The position numbers were made by a program, and so were the translations under genes. The notes beneath the pieces were generated by a model, which was given only the letters and a program-made list of their open reading frames with translations, made no database searches and was not told the origin of the DNA. Positions 27,011-31,591 of a DNA stretch of 31,591 bases are shown piece by piece; the stretch's first letter is position 1; every line of letters begins with the position of its first letter. Origin of the DNA: Myxococcota bacterium (GTDB taxonomy: Bacteria > Myxococcota_A > UBA796 > GCA-2862545); NCBI GenBank assembly GCA_039208735.1, contig JBCCQY010000107.1, positions 1-31,591 on the forward strand, given 5' to 3'.

Positions 27011-28252
27011 GTGCGATTGACAGATGGGGTGTCGGGACACCTCGATCCGACGAGCGGTCGGGTCAAAGTGATGTGGCGGAACCGCGAGCAACAGGCCGAC
27101 GGTTCGATCAAGCAGCGACAGCGCAAACTGACATCGGATTCGTTGCCCGAAGCCCGCGAGCTTGCCGTCCAGATTGCGGCATCGTTGAAGAGGACGGGAT
27201 GGTTCGAACTCGGGCAATCGGCGTTCCGACCGGCGGTGGAGGACCTCGAGCGTGTATTCAAGGCCTACCTCGACCACAAGGTGAAGTTCGAGCGGGTGCG
27301 ACCCAATACACGAAGCAACCTCGCGCGTTCGTTCCAACGGTTCGGGCGTGGCATGCGTTCGTTGCTAGCGTTGTCGAATGCCGAAGTGATTCCCGCTGAA
27401 GCGATGACGCTCGAGAACTACCGACGTTGGGTCATGTGGGCCGGTTCGGTGGGGACGAGAGCAGGTGGAGCGTACGGTCCAGGCACAATCTACCAAAGTG
27501 CGCACACTGTATTGGATGCGTGGGGTTGGGCTGCAGACCAAGGACGTTGGATGTCGCTGCCGGCGCCTCCGTACAATCGCCGTGCCCATTTGCCGCCGAG
27601 TCCGCAGTACGGCCCACCGGCCGACACCGCGACCTGGGCGGAAATGGATGCAGCAATCGCGCGCATCCGAGCGGACCGTGGCGGGCCTACGCCGAATGTA
27701 GGGACTGCAAAGTACTCGGCGATTATCCAGCGGTTTACGGGGTTGCGCCTGTTCCAGGCGATCGGCATGCATGCAGAAGACATCGACATTGGCGGAAACA
27801 CGTTGATCATTCGACGAGGAAAGAGCAGGCGTGAGGCGGCATTAATGCGACGCATTGCGGTGTCGCCCCATCTTTGGGTCGCGCTCGAGCCTGTTCTGGC
27901 CCACGTCACGACCGGGCCGCTGTTTCCCGATCGGAGTCGTCCTGACTCGCCAATGGTGAGCTACCGCAACACGACGCGGTATGTGACCCGTGCTTGGAAC
28001 GATGCAATCGAAGACGGTCTCGCGCGAATAACGGTGGTTCGTCCCCCCAACCGAGACAAAGGAAGCCCGACGCATTGCTTCCGTTCAGGCTTCATGGCTC
28101 AGTTGGCGGCGAATGGGGTGAGTGACGCAGTGCTCGACCACCTTGTAGGGCATGCGCCGGGCAGTGTAAGAGGACAGCACTACACAACACCAAGCCTTGA
28201 ACTTCAGCATCAAGCGGTTTCGAACATTCCTTCCCTATCAGCCGGCACGTGA
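27011..28252 (+). CDS. Tyrosine recombinase/integrase, full length
   Basis: Catalytic residues R (RFTGLR), K (RGKS), HxxR (HCFR), H (LVGH), Y (GQHY); N-terminal arm-type and core-binding regions present. Confidence 0.92.
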   Translation: MRLTDGVSGHLDPTSGRVKVMWRNREQQADGSIKQRQRKLTSDSLPEARELAVQIAASLKRTGWFELGQSAFRPAVEDLERVFKAYLDHKVKFERVRPNTRSNLARSFQRFGRGMRSLLALSNAEVIPAEAMTLENYRRWVMWAGSVGTRAGGAYGPGTIYQSAHTVLDAWGWAADQGRWMSLPAPPYNRRAHLPPSPQYGPPADTATWAEMDAAIARIRADRGGPTPNVGTAKYSAIIQRFTGLRLFQAIGMHAEDIDIGGNTLIIRRGKSRREAALMRRIAVSPHLWVALEPVLAHVTTGPLFPDRSRPDSPMVSYRNTTRYVTRAWNDAIEDGLARITVVRPPNRDKGSPTHCFRSGFMAQLAANGVSDAVLDHLVGHAPGSVRGQHYTTPSLELQHQAVSNIPSLSAGT

Positions 28253-28322
28253 ACTCGAACCGACCACACCGCGGTCCCAACCGAAGCCAGTCGCAGCGGT
28301 GATGACTAGCTCACAGCCGGGC

Positions 28323-28513
28323 TCACCGCTCGTCCTGGGGGGCGGCTCCGCCTTCCCCTGGGGCTCCGCCCCCTGGCGCTAGACCTCCCGCCACACGAAA
28401 CCAAGGTCGGCGAAGCGGTCGCCGGGCGAGTACGCGTCGCGGAACGCGGCCCGCACGTTGCGCGCATTGCCGAACCAGCTGCCACCTCGGCCCACTCGCT
28501 CCGGGCCCGCAGT
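28323..28513 (-). pseudogene. C-terminal fragment of an FGE-sulfatase/CLec-fold protein, DGR variable-region-like
   Basis: The minus strand from 28513 reads TAGPERVGRGGSWFGNARNVRAAFRDAYSPGDRFADLGF. Restoring one C after GGTTTC gives the canonical LGFR and then VAGGLAPGGGAPGEGGAAPQDER* (TGA 28325-28323). There is no start codon or upstream FGE sequence. Not in the ORF track. Confidence 0.8.
28338..28372 (-). other. Tandem GC-rich hairpins with GGA triloops (DGR target-like cis element)
   Basis: Minus strand GGGGC-GGA-GCCCC (28372-28360) and GGGGaaGGC-GGA-GCCgcCCCC (28358-28338), 24 nt past the LGF codons. Confidence 0.55.
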
Positions 28514-28847
28514 AAACCCTGCTCGGGCCGAAGCGCCGAGGCCAACAAGGTCAGCAAACGGTCTACCAACGTGCGCCGTTAAGACTCAGAGACATCAGGA
28601 CCTTCGTCCCAACTCAATGTGGTCCAATGACGGCTCGGCACCTGACCTGGCACTAACGCGCACGCTGGACCTTCCATGACGGGCGAGGCGGTCCCCACTC
28701 GCTCCCAAAGGTGAACCAAGGGGCTTCTCACCCCGTCCTCAGGCTGCGGAGCATAGAATCCGAGGTCGTTCAAGTAAGGGTTGGCCCGTTGCGAGCAAGG
28801 CGTTGATGGCATGAACCGTCGGTTTTATCGAAATCGTGCCAAGATGG

Positions 28848-28888
28848 GGCCTACGACTTGGTGGAGGTGGTGCGGAGGGTGCCAGCGT
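28848..28888 (+). repeat. 41-bp direct repeat, copy 1 (integrase 3'-end remnant)
   Basis: GGCCTACGACTTGGTGGAGGTGGTGCGGAGGGTGCCAGCGT, 38/41 identical to 30202-30242; encodes AYDLVEVVRRVPA versus AYDLAEVVGRVPV. Confidence 0.9.
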
Positions 28889-28907
28889 TGCATGCCGACC
28901 ATCGAGA

Positions 28908-29582
28908 TCAGTCGTGTGCAACTGGGTAGCCTATGGCAACTGCATTGGAGACCGCGGCGGGCCAGTCCACTGCAGTGGGCAAAGCATCGAACTGCTTGCG
29001 ACTGAGAGGGGAGAGTCCGAAGAAGTGTTGTAGCACCTCATCCTCCATCCCAACCTCGAAGTAGTCTTTACAGTGCTCTAGGTACCCCTGTCGACCATGC
29101 AACAGTGGTGAAGTCAAATGAGTCGCTCCGTCCGGATCAAGGCCGTTTGGTAGCTCTAGGTAGTCGTGTGTCCAACCGTGACCATCGCCGAGGTTCCAGG
29201 TACAGAAGGTCGTGCAGTCAACTGCGAACGCTGGCTCCTTCAATAGAGCCATTAGGCAATTGGGCAAAAGAGAGAAGAGACCAGGCCAGAGCCTTGGTGG
29301 TTCTTCACGAAAGGGCGACATCTGACTCTCATGGTCGAATCCCTTGAGCCAAGCACTTCCGTCACCGAACACGATGAAGAAGTGGTCCCCGCTACCGTTC
29401 TGCATGGATGCTAGCCCTTGACGAGGAGCCCAGGCCGAGTCGAACCTGTAGACGCTGCTCGCCTCGTCCATCGCCAACATGGAATCTAGCATAGCCGCGG
29501 CTTGAAACCACTGACGAGCTTCAGCTGAAGATGGCAGCAGTTGAACGACTTCTCGAATCGACACGAATTCCTCCTTGGGCAT
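28908..29582 (-). CDS. Conserved hypothetical protein, probable orphan immunity protein
   Basis: 224 aa with blocks AMLD..L, Y.FDS.W, ASM.NGSGD..FIVF, KGFDHES.MSP, WPGLF, EPAF, DG, DY.E, IGYP, a pattern I recognise from a widespread uncharacterised family. AT-richer than the host genes; GAGG upstream. The immunity role is inferred from context. Confidence 0.75.
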   Translation of the reverse strand: MPKEEFVSIREVVQLLPSSAEARQWFQAAAMLDSMLAMDEASSVYRFDSAWAPRQGLASMQNGSGDHFFIVFGDGSAWLKGFDHESQMSPFREEPPRLWPGLFSLLPNCLMALLKEPAFAVDCTTFCTWNLGDGHGWTHDYLELPNGLDPDGATHLTSPLLHGRQGYLEHCKDYFEVGMEDEVLQHFFGLSPLSRKQFDALPTAVDWPAAVSNAVAIGYPVAHD

Positions 29583-29599
29583 CTGCCACGAGCCTCATA

Positions 29600-30271
29600 C
29601 TGGTTCAGCTGATGTGGCGATGGGCGGACGAGAGCGACCGGTGGCCGGGTCGCGTCCCAAGACCGAGGCGCATCGAGACGCCGCGGAACGCGCCGAGACC
29701 GCCGAAAGCACCCATGTGGCCGGAGATGGACGCCTGCATCGCGGCGGTGAAGACACCGTGGATTGCCTCCTTGTTGACGTTCCTCCGCTTCACCGGGCTC
29801 CGGGTCGGCGAGACCATGATGTTGCGCCGGAACGATCTCGACATGGAGCGGAGGCTCCTGACCATCGAGCCGGGGATCACAAAGAACAAGCGTGGCCGCA
29901 TGATCTCCGTGAGCGCTCACCTCATCGAAGCGCTCGACGCATGGCCGAGGGACACCGTCTGGCTGATCCCGTCGCCGGCCAGGGGTCAGGACAGGACGCG
30001 GCAACCGCGACCCCGGGAGGTGGCTCTCGCGTGGCAGGACGCTGGCGTGCCGGAGCGGGTGTGGCGTGGAGTGCCGCATCATGCCTTCAGGAAGGGCTTC
30101 AAGAGTGGGCTCCTCCGAGCCGGGGCCGCGCCCGACGCCGTCGACCACCTGCAGGGGCACGTAATCTCGGGCAGTCGGGAGCGCTACATCGACCCATTCG
30201 TGGCCTACGACTTGGCGGAGGTGGTGGGGAGGGTGCCAGTGTCAATGGAACCAGCATCACTGGGGTCGTGA
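29600..30271 (+). pseudogene. 5'-truncated tyrosine recombinase (catalytic domain retained)
   Basis: MWRWAD..RW, WPEMDACIA, RFTGLR, TKNK, HHAFRKGF, DHLQGH, RERY. Homologous to 27011-28252 but missing about the first 160 aa. The ORF-track ATG at 29531 lies inside the opposite-strand gene. Confidence 0.85.
30202..30242 (+). repeat. 41-bp direct repeat, copy 2 (3' end of the truncated integrase)
   Basis: GGCCTACGACTTGGCGGAGGTGGTGGGGAGGGTGCCAGTGT; also supplies the TAG stop (30205-30207) of the opposite-strand immunity gene. Confidence 0.9.
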
Positions 30272-30648
30272 GGAAGGGTCCACCCCACGCTGAACTCCAC
30301 GTTGTGGCAATCAGCAACCACCTCGGCGCCATATGAGGCCTCGAGGACAAAGACGAAGTCACCCTTGAAGGACCAAGTGTCCCCATGTCCAAGGCGCTGG
30401 AGCAAGGCGCTGCTGACCCTGGTCTTCGCTTCTGCTACAGGGTGCACGAGCGCGTCAAGGATGATGTTCCCGTTCCGGAAGTTCGAAACGCACATCGCAC
30501 AGACGCCCTCAAGGGTCATCGTCCTCCTCGTTCCATCGACGTCCCGGTAGAGGAGATGGACCTCGTCATCGGAGACGTTCACGACTGCATCAAGGCTGCC
30601 ATCGTGATGGCGTTCCAATACCTGCCCATGCTCGTTGGTCCGCACCAT
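30205..30648 (-). CDS. Putative cognate immunity protein of the Hint toxin
   Basis: ATG 3 nt after the toxin stop; small beta-rich protein with HDG.L, L.GV, F..GNII.D, L.ASYG...A.C; overlaps the integrase 3' end by 67 bp. Confidence 0.78.
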   Translation of the reverse strand: MVRTNEHGQVLERHHDGSLDAVVNVSDDEVHLLYRDVDGTRRTMTLEGVCAMCVSNFRNGNIILDALVHPVAEAKTRVSSALLQRLGHGDTWSFKGDFVFVLEASYGAEVVADCHNVEFSVGWTLPHDPSDAGSIDTGTLPTTSAKS

Positions 30649-30651
30649 CGT

Positions 30652-31590
30652 CTACCCTCCGTCGAAGCCGCGGGGTGGCGGAGGGTCGTCATCCGTCGGC
30701 GGCCGGGATGGGCCTCGGTCCGTCTTGGTGGGTGGCCCACCATCCGCAGGACGGCCCCAGTCGTGAGAATGGTCTACCGAACCCTGGACGTCAACGTCGC
30801 CCTTACCCCTCTCCCCAGGATGTGGGAGGTCGCGGTCTGTCTTCGGGAAGCCATCGTCGCCATAGGTGCGAGACTGCTTCTTGGCACGAACAGTAGTACC
30901 AGGGTCGCCCCTGAATGGTGGACTGGCGGCATCAATATCCGTCACGGGTCCACACCCGTTGTGCACCAGAACCCCGTCACCATCGCCACCCGGCGCACGG
31001 ACGTAGTAGTTGTGGGCGCCCTCGACCTCGAAGTTGAAGACCTCGAAGTCGCCCTCGCGCCACGCCAAGGACGCGACGCGAGACTCACCGCCACCGACCG
31101 TGCGAAGGACACTCCCGACCTCGAGGTCGCCCATCGCCACATAGTCGCCAACCTCGGGAACCCAGAACGGATGCTCTGGGGTGCCCGTGATCACCTCGGA
31201 ACCGTCTGCCCCGGTGACTACGAGGTCGATGACCACGTCCGACTGCCGCACGTGGGTCTGGTAGACGCGCCCGAGCACGTCACCAGACCAACGGACCTCG
31301 ATGTCACCATCGCCGTCGAAGTCGGCGGTGTCGAAGACCCGGCCTTGGAATGCGAAGCGCTCGCCCGCCTCTACCTCCGACAGCCGCCAGTGCCCAGCGC
31401 CCTCATCGCCACCGAGCACGAGCACCCACTCGTCGGTGCCCGGCACCTGGGTCGCGGCCTCCGCCGCCCACGTCGCATTGGCTTCAGCCAGGTCCTTGAC
31501 CGTGGCCGAGCCGCGGTCCTCGACCCCAGCGTCGGTCCACCGATGGAGCCGACCGTCAGCGAGCCAGGTGTCCCCGACCTCGAGCTCGGC
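30652..31590 (-). CDS. Polymorphic toxin, 3' part: pretoxin Hint domain + ~101-aa C-terminal toxin domain (5' end outside window)
   Basis: The frame is open to the window end (AELEVGDTWLADGR...). Hint blocks ITGTPEHPFW and VFNFEVEGAHNYYV...VLVHN|GC. The C-terminal domain has GDPG..Q.RTYGDDGFPKTDRDLPH...HSHDW...R. Confidence 0.88.
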   Translation of the reverse strand, partial: AELEVGDTWLADGRLHRWTDAGVEDRGSATVKDLAEANATWAAEAATQVPGTDEWVLVLGGDEGAGHWRLSEVEAGERFAFQGRVFDTADFDGDGDIEVRWSGDVLGRVYQTHVRQSDVVIDLVVTGADGSEVITGTPEHPFWVPEVGDYVAMGDLEVGSVLRTVGGGESRVASLAWREGDFEVFNFEVEGAHNYYVRAPGGDGDGVLVHNGCGPVTDIDAASPPFRGDPGTTVRAKKQSRTYGDDGFPKTDRDLPHPGERGKGDVDVQGSVDHSHDWGRPADGGPPTKTDRGPSRPPTDDDPPPPRGFDGG

Positions 31591-31591
31591 C

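Larger units (their letters stand above)
26908..31591. mobile_element. Mosaic integrative island at the ychF 3' end (continues beyond the window)
   Basis: Integrase about 100 bp after the ychF stop; one further truncated integrase and one 41-bp integrase remnant; toxin/immunity cargo; gene fragments; patchy base composition by eye. No second att copy is visible in the window. Confidence 0.8.

Noticed and set aside
28323..28513. Complete DGR, or this segment being the template repeat
   Set aside because: No reverse transcriptase, Avd or second copy is in the window. The segment is not AAC-rich, so it fits a variable region rather than a template.
28540..28586. Integron attC site (minus strand TCTTAAC...GTTGGCC after a stop codon)
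   Set aside because: Only ~45 bp, poor internal complementarity, imperfect R boxes and a single copy. I also see no IntI-like signature in the integrases.
1..31591. tRNA, rRNA or tmRNA genes
   Set aside because: Intergenic gaps are short and none shows cloverleaf or rRNA signatures by eye. A tRNAscan/Infernal run would confirm.

Overview
GC-rich bacterial DNA. The gene content (Hanks-type kinase, DTDGDG-repeat surface protein, HDOD protein, many lipoproteins) suggests Myxococcota or another delta-proteobacterial lineage; this is an inference. Bases 1-26907 are mostly ordinary chromosome: a 78-bp palindromic tandem repeat, a serine hydrolase-tmcA-helD-like-slyX operon, DUF493, a kinase coupled to agmatinase, a Ca-binding repeat surface protein, a pentapeptide/K+-channel fusion, an HDOD protein, a bacterial homolog of animal UPF0462/C4orf33, a TruC-like synthase, an RlmI-like methylase, a sulfatase-fold lipoprotein, a DUF481 barrel, mscS, an orphan-type UMP kinase, a CBS protein and ychF. 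Directly after ychF a mosaic integrative island begins and runs off the window end. It holds, in order: a complete tyrosine integrase whose predicted promoter is overlapped by GGTAAC repeats; an unannotated frameshifted FGE/CLec C-terminal fragment resembling a diversity-generating retroelement (DGR) variable region, with tandem GGA-loop hairpins; a 41-bp copy of an integrase 3' end abutting an orphan immunity-like gene; a second, 5'-truncated integrase; and a convergent Hint-domain polymorphic toxin plus immunity pair. The repeated unit [integrase 3' end -> <- immunity <- toxin] suggests serial accretion of related toxin-carrying elements at ychF, with immunity genes retained. All family assignments come from motif recognition by eye; no searches were run.
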